From assembly GCA_965285935.1 (NCBI GenBank), contig OZ260661.1, forward strand, positions 46,438,001 to 46,502,000: a DNA stretch of 64,000 nt, given 5' to 3'. A model generated the notes under the pieces. That model saw only the letters and a list, made by a program, of their open reading frames with translations. It was not told the origin of the DNA and did not search any database. Position 1 is the first letter of the stretch. Each line of letters starts with the position of its first letter. This document shows, piece by piece, positions 1-12,330 of this stretch. The position numbers and the translations under genes were made by a program. The stretch comes from Ophelia neglecta (Eukaryota).

Positions 1-230
1 CTGCCACGATAAGTCACAAGGCCAAGTCCCAGCAGCCCTTGGGAGGGGGTTTAGACCAGTACTTACGGAGTGGCCCATTCCCACGCCACACGCCACCATT
101 GTTTGCCCTAACAGGTCACCAACGACCCGACCTCCATCAGTTTTTCGCCTCTGCCCTTCTGGTAGAAAAGCTCAGCGTTTTGCCGCGGCTCGCAGCCCCC
201 TGCGGCAGTCAGCATGTGTAGCAAAGGTGT
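1..230 (+). promoter_or_regulatory. GC/CpG-rich segment, candidate promoter or 5'UTR of the upstream exon
   Basis: Markedly higher GC and CpG content (ccacgccacacgcc, tgccgcggctcgcagccccctgcggc) than the AT-rich background, located just 5' of the candidate exon. Confidence 0.3.
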
Positions 231-357
231 GTAATTATGGAGTCAAACCACAAGTAAAACTCTGACTACTGCCCAGTGTAGGACACTATTCTTTGTTGCT
301 AGTGTGACGGTTACCTCACATGCCATAGTCGACAGTCAGTGAGTGGCATACAAACGG

Positions 358-514
358 ATGGACGCTAGTGATGGCATATTGGGCCAGCTCCCTTGTGATG
401 GTGAGGTGATGGTCAGAGTACCTCTCCCTGAGTATCGCTCCATCACAGCTCACAAGAGAAAGATGTACCTGCCCTGCAGAAACATGGTTAGCCCTGACAA
501 ACAGCCAAATAGAG
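358..514 (+). CDS. Candidate (alternative) first coding exon of BCL11
   Basis: ATG at 358 follows an in-frame TGA (340-342). The frame is open to a perfect donor GAG|GTGAGT at 514/515 in phase 1, which matches the acceptor at 16485 (G+CA=Ala). 157+399+2447=3003 nt, i.e. 1000 aa plus stop. GC/CpG-rich sequence lies directly upstream. The peptide has no recognisable homology. Confidence 0.4.
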
Positions 515-1432
515 GTGAGTTCGTGTGCACATGTCAAAATATAGAACAGAGATTTAAAACGAGATTTGCCTCTACCGCTTGTTACGAAGGCTGTCTTCAT
601 GTTAGCTACCAATTCCATTCAACACTCATATTTAAGTTTTTATACCGACATTAATTGACCACCGGAGTACAAAAAAAACACTCTTCTTCTTAGACTGTCT
701 GAAATATTTAGTCTTCATATTGAAAGAAATGTGCTGTTTGGCAGGGAATAACAGTTTGGGTGTTCTTATTCATCAACCATAACCATACCAAAAAAAGTCT
801 TACAGTGAGTCAAGTGTGTATATGGCCAAGGCCATGTTGAAAATAACACTGGGCAGACAATATTATGCACAGGAGATGAGCTTGGTAAGCAAGAGCCAGA
901 CCTATAGACCTAAAAAATAAGTTTCAAGCCATCCCCTTGAGATCTGAATTGATAATGAGGAGTATGGAAAAACCTTCTTGCCTCCATAGTTAACTATAGG
1001 GTACCTACTTCTATTCTGTAGTTGTGGTCGGTTGTTAGAAAGGGCACGACCATTATCATGAATTATCTGTAACTGGTAAATGGATATGATTCCCCAGGTC
1101 ATAAGTCTGTGTAAGATAAACACGTATGTTATATTGATATTTTTAGTTCCAGATGCTCATGTCAGTTGGCTTCAAAAGTTTCTTGATTTTAAATATTTTT
1201 TGAACCTGCATTGAAATCCACCCATAAAACAGAAGCAATGGACTCAAATGATATAGAGAAATTCTATATCTACAGTGGACTTCAAGTGCAACTACAATGA
1301 AAGAGAGCTAATGTCCCTGACAATAACAGTTGTAAACTCAATGCACACAGATATAACTTGAGTTCTTGTCAGTTCATTTATTACAACACTGTCAGAGATC
1401 AGTATTCAGTAGTGTAAACATGGCCAAAGTCG

Positions 1433-1466
1433 GGTGATCCCCAGTCCTTGGTGATCCCCAGTCCTT
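1433..1466. repeat. Perfect 17-bp tandem duplication
   Basis: GGTGATCCCCAGTCCTT twice. Confidence 0.9.
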
Positions 1467-4400
1467 GACTCACCGGGCTAGTCATTTTTTTCTGCTTCAC
1501 ACTCCACTAAAGTTTTGTCAAACTGAATCGTTTAGAAGGGAATTCCCATAGTCTCTCTGAAGTATCTATAAAATTAAGTGGGCATACACCTAAGATATAT
1601 TAGTGTTATTTCATAATATCCAAACACCTTTAATCTCCATAGTGCTTCACACTCCTGAGCTAATTCCCTATGAGATTGGACAGTTATCCTTCTTCATAAA
1701 AGGAGAACATGGATCTTCTTTCTGTAGATAGCTTTTATCCTGTGATCGTCACTGTGCTTTGACATGCAAGTGCCTGATAATTAGCTAGAATTGTTTCAAA
1801 TTTCAGGATTCAAACTGGAAGTTTTTGAGGGACAGGTGTCATTCACTTTTATATATGTATATGGACTGGTTTATTTAGAAGTAAATGTTGTAAAAATAAG
1901 GTTATATTCATATAGCAATTAAAAAAGGGCAGAACAAGACAAAAAATTGTCGAAAAAGTAATTGGTAAATGAATAAGGCTAAAGGAGACTAAAAAAGGGA
2001 TTTTACTAAGCCAAGGCCTATGATTGAACATTGCAGGCCCATTGTCATATGACTTACCAGATTCATGGCCAACTAGTTTTCAGCTTGTAATAGATACATT
2101 ACATATATATATGTGGTCTGGGATGTTGAGAAAATATGGTGCGATCAATGTTTTCTGCATAAAATTCAGGAAAATTTTTCATTACTAAAATGAAGTGTTC
2201 TACAAAAACCACAGGTTCTAGTGATAGCAGTAAACTGGTACACTGATATAGTATTGACACTTGTACCTGTGGGCACAACCACTCTTATGTTCACAGTGGA
2301 ATGAAACTGACAGGTCTGTCCTTGGCCAGTTTTGAACAGTGGTGTTTAAGATGGTGCTTGTGAGACAGCGATCTTTGGAGACAAGCAGACAACCACCAAT
2401 AGACAACTGTCAAGGGACAGACCATTCGACAGTGTCCTTGGTCTTCTCATGCTAGTCATTCAAACAGGACAGAGAAATACTTCTGGAAGAAATAAGACCA
2501 ACAGCCCTGCCAAGAAGTGTCGTCTGCTTTTAACCAATGTTGAGATTTTGCTAATACAGCTGCCTTCTTCATTCATCTTTCTGAGGATTAACAAATAAGA
2601 TGTTAGGTTACTATTAGATGATACAAGACGACTGCTCATATTATGTTTAGTGAAAAGGGAATGAAAATAAAACAATTTGATTCATCTTCACGAAAGTATT
2701 TATATTGGTTCTTCCAAGCTATCTATAGATTTTCATGGAGAAAAGATTAAGCCTCTAATAAAATTGCCTTTATTATGACAATTACAGACATTTTGCAAAC
2801 AAGTCAAATATATAAATTAATATATATGTATTCTGCATAAACTATATATATGAAAGTATACAAAATTTGTTGAATATGGCAGGCTGATTCCTCAGGAAGT
2901 GTCTTTTTTTTTTAATAACATGCATAAGTTAATTTTTACATGGCTGTTAATTTACAGCTGTGACTAAGCCAATGTTGGAGATATTTATACAGCCCTGGAT
3001 AAACAAGATACTGACTTAATTCTAGCCCTGGGGCAGTTCTTGCTAACCATGTATTCCAGGGCAGTGGAAGGCATTCCAGAGGGACCACTGTCCCCATCAT
3101 CTGTCCACGTACCAGGAAATCAATCAACTGGCAGGACTTATGTTAATTGGCCTGCACACCACACTGGCTACAAAAGTTCTAGATTTATTTCATTGCCATT
3201 TAATTTGCCAATATGAGGCACCTCTAAAGAAGGGCATGTCATAATCTGCTAAGCATTGTTGCAAAATCAATACCTCTTATGGCTTGAACATAACCATTTA
3301 TGAGCCCTCAACAGCAATGGCCAACTATCTAAGTCATCAGATCAGACAGACCTCAACTGGTGGTTGGTCATAAAAAACATTGTTCTAATAGGATACAAGA
3401 AGAACTTGTTTTTCTTATAGGGTGAGGCTTGGGGTATTATTCTGCTTGTCCTGAAACAATTAGATCCAGGCCTTGCCACTTGAAAATCAAACTTACATTC
3501 ATTTAATAGATAAGCATGCCTGCAAAATGTAATAATGCTTTGTCTAAAAAAAAACTGAAAACATATAAATCAGTGCAAAATAGGATTGCTGAATGTGAAT
3601 GTTTTTTCTTTTTCAACATTATGATCTGTTCTTCAATGATTTATGATTTTCTAGCTTTTGAAGATTATTTGAAAGTTAAACAGTTATTTTATTGTTTCTC
3701 GGTCTCTCCAGTCATTATTGAAGGCATAATGTGTGTATAAAAAATGAAAGATAGTTGTTGAAGTGATGGGAAGTACACAGTGGTGTTAATGTTACTGGTC
3801 AGCCATTGTGATTGGTTGAATGGTTAACAACATGGGCAATGACATTCATTTTCTACATGAATTCAATACTTCTTTTGACTGTATTTGTTCAATATGACCA
3901 CCTGTCAGTTCAGTGATGCACTGTATACACTCCAATTTCTCTCCTTCCAGATTGTTTGTCATTATTGCTGTACTTAAAGCAACAGCCTTTGCCGACAATG
4001 ACCAGCTTGGATGAATACAGACCTACAATGACTGTTGGATAATGTTACCTCAGTGATGGTGAAGATGGTGGTATTGGTTTACATTGGCTTTCAGTTGAAG
4101 TTTGCCGGCCACTGATGACTTCTCATCCCATGAGATGCCTTTGTTTGGCTAATAGGTTTTATATTAAACAAAATGCAGAGCTGTGCTTAGCAGCACATAT
4201 GCTTAATCCTATTGAAGGTGCCCAGCTGTCTGTAGAGTGTACAAGTTCAAAGGATGTGATGGGTCTAAGGTTAGGATAACCCTTTGCTCCATGTGACAAA
4301 ATGTTAGTGGTTGCTAAGTTGTATCAACACATGTGTACTGATGCTGGACATTACATGTGGTCCTGACAGTCTGACAAGTCAGGTCAGAGGTCTTTTTAGT

Positions 4401-7400
4401 GATTTGGCTCAGCTGTTGTTGGCCTACCAAAATGCATGTGAAAAGGTACTACAATGACATCAGTCCAATGACCTGGCTTGATTATAACTGTGTTACAGTG
4501 GACCAAGTTCCACTTCAGTCTAAAACCTTCCTTGGTTGTGTCACTGATGAGAGCCATGCAGTCCAATAAAAAAATCTTCGTTGTTAAGTACAAATTGCTC
4601 TGAAGCCTCTGAAGTCACATGGATTCTCAATTTGTAGTAATGCATATTACTATGATGTCCATGCTCGCTATATATCCATAATCCATCCAGCATTAGCTGA
4701 ATGGACTCGCTTTCTACTATCTCATTCTGTTTTGACAGAATTTGCAATCACAATAATGGCTGATCTCATAAGGTGCACATGTCTACTAGGAAATATAAAA
4801 AGATAAAAAGCAATTGTCAGTATTCATAGAAATCTCAAACTATCATATCTTGCACAGGGCATTGTTTCACGGCAATAAAACTAATTACTGGCGCAGGGGT
4901 GAAAATGGGCTTAGATAGAAAAAGTGCCTCTCCATTCACAGAAACACTCTGATGACATTTTCTGCACATGAGAAATGAGGTTCTAGTAAAGCAAGCCACG
5001 ACAAATGCTGCTAATCATTCTTTGGCGAGGGTTTTTGCAATTAGGTTTAGGAAAAAAACCTGTCCAGGGAAGTTGGAATATCTTTATACAGAGTTTTTTC
5101 TAGGCTTCTTCTGTCTAGATTAACAGTTGAATTAACCCCTCCTTGGGGAATGTGATTTCCTCTCTAGATAGCTGTCCTAGATATGGAAAATTTGTAGTAT
5201 TTTTCCTAGATAAGGCATTGTGTCTAATCACTTCTTCCAACTAATGCAAGAGCTGGCTATTACAAATGTTATCTTCTTTTGGGCACTTAGTTTTTGTGGA
5301 GGTGGAGGAAGTGTGTCCAAAAAGACTGTGGTAAATGTATCAGTGGACTAGGGCTGATGGATAGTTGTGGATGCTTCTATGTACAAATCACAGAAATTGA
5401 TTTGGGTTTTAATATAAATTTGCTGTAAGAAGTGTCCAAGCTCAGTCAGCATGGCACATTTTAAAAAAAGATGACGGACCATAAAGCCTGGACATGAATC
5501 AATCATAATAGCAGATGGTGTCTCCTTGAGAATCCACGGCTGGTCTGCTCCTTACTTGTAATGCTTGTATTGTCATCACATTGTCTGATATTGTCCCTCT
5601 GCCACAAAGAGTGGCATGGCCGTGTGTCGACCCATGAGCAGTGGCCTTCTCCGTCTGACAAAAGTTGGTCAGATTGCTAAAAACAAGATTCATCGTGGCC
5701 ACCGATTTCTAGGTCTCCAAGGTTCAACCCTTTCTCGTATTTCACTTTTGCAGTGACAGCTCATTGCTTTGGAGAAATAAACAGCATTCAGTCTACACAC
5801 AGGTGGACAACAGCGACATTGACAGTGACATGCGTTCCTGCAGAAGGAGAGCCGATGATGTATGGAAGTTGGACCCACCTCCTCTTACATCATGTAGACT
5901 CTTGCTCATTCTCGCAAGGCCACAGCCTTTGTCTGACCAACAGTGAAAAAAAATAGTGAGCTAAGAAAACACTTCACCTTATTGCCCAGACGTAATCTTT
6001 AAAAAACTACAAAAGTTCCCAAGTCCCACAGTGCCTCAAGTCTTTCCAGCGTCTACTTTCTTCTACAAAGGCCAAGTAACCTTTGACAGGTGGTCATTGT
6101 TCTCTTTTTTTGCGACATTTTTAGATCGCCTTTGTCCATTCCCAAGGAAACAAAGGAGAATCAGGGCCCACTTACAACATCCTTACATAATAGGGAAGTG
6201 CTGCCTGGCACATCTGGCATGTACAGTGTGGAGGTCACTCATTAACAGGAGGCAGCCAACTATTTATTTGAAAATTATGTAATGATACCCTCTTTCACAA
6301 AAAGATTGATTGCCCTACTTAACAACACCAAACAATGAATTGGCTAGAAAAAGAGACAAAATTGAATGGGCTGAACCTAAGCACATGCCAAATAGAATGG
6401 ACAGCACACAAGAGCATCTTACATTACTGAGCTTATTTGGGGGCAAAATATTTTTTTCTAATTTAAACTAGACATGCTACATGAGGCACATTTATTTCAC
6501 TTTCCATCTCCTCTCCATCCTGTATATTTTAATCATAAACTAGAGTATTCAGATTAAAATGGTATGAAATTATTGTTACAGAAGTGTCCTTTATTTTATG
6601 ATATTTTGGGGGCTTTTCTGGGAACCATTTAATAAATCAAAATGATAGTATTTATTTCCAGTTAGCTCTTAAGGCAGACATCCACAGTCCCCTGATTCCT
6701 ACAGGTAACAATAGTTTGTCTACATTTATTAAAGCGACAGGCAGATTTAGTGTATTCCTGAAGTGAATAGATTTTTTGTGGTCACAGATGTAAATTTCCC
6801 TGGGAGCCCAGTAAAATTGCATGCCTCAGTGACCTGAAGTGTTTCATATTGTCATATAATGAGATAATCAAGGCAGGCCAAGCTATCCAGCTACATTAAA
6901 TGTCCATAACTGTCACACAAAAGGCTGCTCAACATATTGAATTTAAGAGTTCTGCCTTCCTCTTCAAACCAATTACACATTTGCAGTAGGACTTGCCAAC
7001 GAAAGTTTATTGAGTTAAATTTTTACTTTAAAAATGACTAAGAGTCAATACACTTCAATTAACTGGATTCAACTTTGAAGAAGGACAATGGATTCTGATT
7101 ACATTATTCTAGCACACATCCTCGGGCAGAACAAATGTAATGACATGTAAATTACTGATATTGAATGCAGAGCTATTTACATATTTGACCACTATAAAAC
7201 TGCTGTTTTGCTGCTTATTATGGCATAACCTGCAGGTGGTACCAGAATAGTCCAAATAAGTAGTCATTTTGTTCTCTTAACATAACTTGTTAAGACAGTT
7301 TCAGTACTGTAAAAATTCAGGCCAAAATTGCCCTCTTACCATCACCTATGTACTGTGGTGAATTTTAAATCAATTATCAATACAACCAGAGGCAGTCATA

Positions 7401-7570
7401 ATGAAATTTGTGGCATCTCTGAAACTTAATTGGGGTGGAACATAGAATTTTAATTTACATATATGTATGAAGATATTTGGAGAACAGTAACATGTGTTTA
7501 TTTTGTTCTTGTTGTGGGCTTTGTTACACAAACCTACTTGAACTTCTCTGATATTACTAAATATTTCTAA

Positions 7571-9113
7571 AGTGGAAATGACTACCTTCACCTTGTCTCT
7601 AGGCTATTTTAAGCACAATTATTACAATTATTTCAATGTCATTTTGATATGCTCTGGTTAGCCAGGAAGTAGACTTTTTACATTATTAAAAGGTCAATAT
7701 TAATATAATAGAATTCAGTGGCGACTGCTTAGGAGTTGCAGGTATCGCAGTGCTCATTCAAATGAAGGTCCAGTCCCTTGCAGTGACCATCTAGCCTGAC
7801 ATGACACAAATGTCAAGTGACCCCTGACCTGATTACTATTGTCGACTGTAACCTGCCACCCAGTGCTTGTGGTTGTGCTTGACCATTCCACAGCCCTGAT
7901 TACTCGAGGACATAATTAGCCAGAGATTGTGCTTTCCTGTCTATTGCCTCTGAAGATTGTCATACCTGTAATCAACATGGCCACTGAATGAGCTCAATAA
8001 AAAAACTCACTTATTTACTGGCACAGCTGTGTGTTGTCCGTAAACCTAGAATGTGCAACCCCTTAATTCAACAAAACATAAGTACAGTAAAATATGAATT
8101 ATAGACATGCGCTGTATGTCTGGAGTTTCACAAGTGCAAGGATTTGTGTGGACAAAGATACCATTAGCATCCAATGACACTTCCAGTTGATGAGAAAATG
8201 TCTGACCATAAAAAAATTATTATGACCTTTTTTGTGGAAATTTGATGCTGTTAAAATTAGGTGTTTTATAGCAGTCTTTTAACTTGATCTTGTAGTGTAT
8301 TGATCATCAGTCTGACCAAGGCCGTACCTACCACTGACTGAGTTGATCAGACATGGCCAAACAGAAACTCATTTGTAACTGGCCTTACAAAGCTAGGCAT
8401 GGCAACCTCGGGACTAGTATGTCCAGTCTCTCTTTATACCAACTGAGATAGTTCTATTGGCTGCACCTAAAATTTGGTTAATGTATGCAATACTATGGTC
8501 TGTCTATGACCATGACCATTGAAAAGTTTGATACCCTCTTCTTGTCCACAATGAAGTACCCAAATATGTCCCAAGCCTACTAAATTTTTAGCAGTTTGAT
8601 TGTTAACTGAGCTAAAATCTATACTGCAAATTGTGATTAAACTACATAATTATCAGAAAATTCAATGTTCAATTGAAAGTAGCCATTTGCACTAATTGGC
8701 GTTTTTGTCCCTTCTAGACAGACGGTCTGAATAAAGGTCTGCTGTGTGTGGGTTTCTTGTTTCTGCACTAACTGGTCAGCTCTTGTGGCTACCTTGAATT
8801 GATAGTTAGGATTCAATCAATTATCAGTGAAGTTAAAAGCAAGTGCCGCAGGGTTCTTATGCAGACTAGCCAAAAGGCCTGCACATGAAAAATGAATGAA
8901 GTGCATAGGTTTTCATGCTGGGAATGGATTTTGCTATTTGCACCAGGCAGATGATCTGAGGTCAACTGTCTGGTTGATGTCCTGACCATATTAATAATGT
9001 AAAAAATCTACTTCCTGGGTAACCTGAGCATATCAAAATGACATTAAAATAATTGTAATAACTGTGAAAAAATAGCCTAGAAACAAGGTGAAGGTAGTCC
9101 AGTCATTTCCCCT
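7571..9113. mobile_element. Non-autonomous DNA transposon with ~130-bp TIRs (Kolobok/T2-MITE-like TTAA|AGGRR ends)
   Basis: 7571-7696 is the reverse complement of 8983-9113, about 85-90% identical by eye. The right end reads ...CATTTCCCCT|TTAA and the left end CTAA|AGTGGAAATG. The interior has no transposase ORF. Confidence 0.65.
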
Positions 9114-10450
9114 TTAATTGCTCTGTTGACTGGGTAGCAATTTGTGGATTTGATAGCCACCAGTAGAATCCAGCCAAGCCCATGGGTTCATATTAAACTC
9201 TAATGGTGGTGAACATATAGCCGTCACTTATTCATGAAATTTGTCATGAACCGGCCCTCTTTATGAACATCAATTTAACATGGTTGGATTGAAACCACAG
9301 CAAGCCTACAGGAAGACAATGTGTCCAAAGCAATGGTGGATTGGGGACAGCGAACCACTTGTCAGTTAATATGAGGCTGCTGTCCAGGCTAACTTTTGTA
9401 AGATTGGCAGCTGGATCGTTGTATGATTGATTATGGCTACCTATCAGGGCTACTGATGATGCAACCTTTACTATGAATTGAATTGAATCGAATGAATAAA
9501 TATATCAGACAGGAATACTATATTCCTACAATAAATGCCCAGCAATTCATTGTGTTCTAGGGAATAGTATTACACTGGTTATCTGCAAGGTAAAAAGTTC
9601 ATAGGTTATCTGACTAAAATGTTATCAGACCGAATACATTCCATATATGCAAAATGAAAAGTGGGCATTAACTTAGAAATTAGTAATTTTAATTTATGGT
9701 TACACTGCCCCTAAACTTAATGTGACCTTATGAAACAGAGTTTCATCAGTTATCTTTGACAGTTGCTTTTCCCCTGATCCGTTGTTCTACTCATCTGTTT
9801 CTGCTACTAGCCCATTCACACCGGGGTTAGCTGCAGTAATATGACGCAGTGTCCAAAGAGGAACTCCCTACAAGCAGAACCCAAACCAATTGAACCGAGG
9901 CCTCAAGATAATTGCAAGGCATAATATTAAAATAGTTACCACCCTTCATATTAGGTTGGCAGTTGGACATAGGTCAGCTGCTGTTAAACAAAGAAGTGCC
10001 ATGTAACAGGTAAACTTCTCAATGTGGAGTCATGTATTATAGCCAATAGCTTATATCTATGCCACTGACTACCTTTCCCTTTTCCCCAACTTTTTTTTCC
10101 ATCCATGAAACAACACATGAACTGAAAAATAACAATAAATTACACAGTATACTTTGTGGCACTTTGTAAAAGAAAAGATGATTGATGGTGTTGAATATTC
10201 AGAATTAAATATGCTAAATTTAAACTGTAGCCTTGAGAATGCAAACTGCCTGTTGTATGGCCTTCCACATTTAAGGACAGTACCATTCATTTGAATATGC
10301 CTACAGCAAATGTTTCAATTTAAATATTGATAAAATAGAAAAATGGATGACAGCCGAAATGTCATGAACTAAAAATATTAGCGAGATTGTCTGATATACA
10401 AGTAAAGCAAATAGAATAAAAAATTGCCAGGTGTTGTTGGCTGTGGTGGC

Positions 10451-10654
10451 NNNNNNNNNNNNNNNNNNNNNNNNNNNNNNNNNNNNNNNNNNNNNNNNNN
10501 NNNNNNNNNNNNNNNNNNNNNNNNNNNNNNNNNNNNNNNNNNNNNNNNNNNNNNNNNNNNNNNNNNNNNNNNNNNNNNNNNNNNNNNNNNNNNNNNNNNN
10601 NNNNNNNNNNNNNNNNNNNNNNNNNNNNNNNNNNNNNNNNNNNNNNNNNNNNNN
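10451..10654. other. Assembly gap (204 N)
   Basis: Run of N characters. Confidence 1.
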
Positions 10655-11833
10655 GCTGATATCCTTATTGTAAACCAGCATGTAGACTGGGAGGCAGCTA
10701 GCATATATAGTCAGCCGACTTCATCCCAGTAGCTTGAAGAGTGAGTGCCATACTGCTATCCCTAGGGCTGTCCCATACAGCCAGAGTCAGAGAATGTTAC
10801 CAAGGTGGTGCACATGGTGTCTGGAAAGGCTGTCATCCTATCTTACACAGCCCCAAAGGTTGTTCAGGACCAGCGACCCTCTATGGCTACTCTGACTGAG
10901 GCCTATCACAGACCTCAGAGCCCAGACAATGTTTTTAGCCTGGGCCCCAATCACTGTTTGAAAAAAAACAACAATAACTATAAAACTTGGATCACAAGGT
11001 ACAGCATGTATGTGTACAAAGACTTGTGATACATATTGCATATACCACATCAGACAAGTTTCAATGCTCGAAAAGAAACCAAGGCCATTACTACAAATGT
11101 TTTAGTCTTGCATGGATCACAGCAGATTGTATACATTATTTTTCATCTACCATTGAATCATTTTGGCACTGAAGCTGGCATTCACTAATTGGACTGTGAT
11201 AAAGATTTGAATGGTTTGTCACTCCTGTTGAACTGAAAGCAGTCTACCATGATTTCCCCTGGACTCAAAAGCAGACTTAATCTAAAAGGGATCATATAAT
11301 AAAACCTAGCTTTTTTTTTTGAAAATGAAATGCAAAATTAACTAACCATGGTCTTGAAGCTATTTGGCCGGAACCAATTTACTAATCTTCCTTTATGTTC
11401 TGGTGATTGGTGACTTTATTACATACCATATTGAAAAGTCTGGAGGCTGTACTGATAGGCACTTCTAGGCTCAATAAACAGCAGGGGAACTAATAATAAG
11501 ATCATACCAGTTTATTATTGTGCTACCATAGGCATCTCCACTTTCCAACTTCCAATGATCTTCAAATATTACATAAAGACAAGGGTAGGTCAATTGGCAA
11601 TAGTGGCGACATTCATTATAAATAAAACGCTTTCCCCCCGATGTAGTTTCTGCAGCCAGTCACCTTAGTAGGGTTCAAGGTTTCTAGTTGTAGATGACGT
11701 GACAGGACCCACTTACAGCACATATGTAAATCATGTCTGCCTCTCAAAAAATAAACACATACAGGCGAGCAATGTCCCTAGCTAAATGACTAATGTCTAT
11801 TTATGATATTAAAACATGAAAAAGGGCAAAGTT

Positions 11834-12330
11834 CAAATACAGACCATGGGGCAAAAATAGCATAGTGTAAAATACGGACCATGAGGCCAAACCAGCACTG
11901 TGTTAAATACTGACCATAGGGCCAAAACAGCATAGTATAAAACACAGACCATGAGGCCAAACCAGCACAGTGTAAAATACCGACCATGAGGCCAAACCAG
12001 CACAGTGTAAAATACCGACCATAGGGCCAAAACAGCATAGTATAAAACACAGACCATGAGGCCAAACCAGCACAGTGTAAAATACAGACCATGAGGCCAA
12101 ACCAGCACAGTGTAAAATACCGACGATAGGGCCAAAACAGCATAGTATAAAACACAGACCATGAGGCCAAACCAGCACAGTGTAAAATACAGACCATGAG
12201 GCCAAACCAGCACAGTGTAAAATACAGACCATGAGGCCAAACCAGCACAGTGTAAAATACAAACCATGAGGCCAAAAGAGCAAAGTGTAAAATACAGACC
12301 ATGAGGCCAAAACAGCATAGAGTAAAATGC
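11834..12330. repeat. 35-bp minisatellite, ~14 copies, with 105-bp higher-order structure
   Basis: Unit AAATACAGACCATGAGGCCAAACCAGCACAGTGTA. A variant unit (ATAGGGCCAAAACAGCATAGTATAAAACAC) recurs at about 11911, 12016 and 12121. It explains the three overlapping minus-strand ORFs. Confidence 0.95.

Noticed and set aside
5754-5955. Possible extra BCL11 exon after a strong-looking acceptor (ttcacttttgcag at 5753)
   Set aside because: No good downstream donor in a phase compatible with 16485 and no homology. It cannot be excluded as a non-coding or poison exon without RNA-seq.
9841-9925. Short ATG-initiated frame MTQCPKRNSLQAEPKP as possible exon 1
   Set aside because: No MSRRKQ similarity and no GT donor before the stop.
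10301-10732. ORFs spanning the N run
   Set aside because: Artefacts of the assembly gap.
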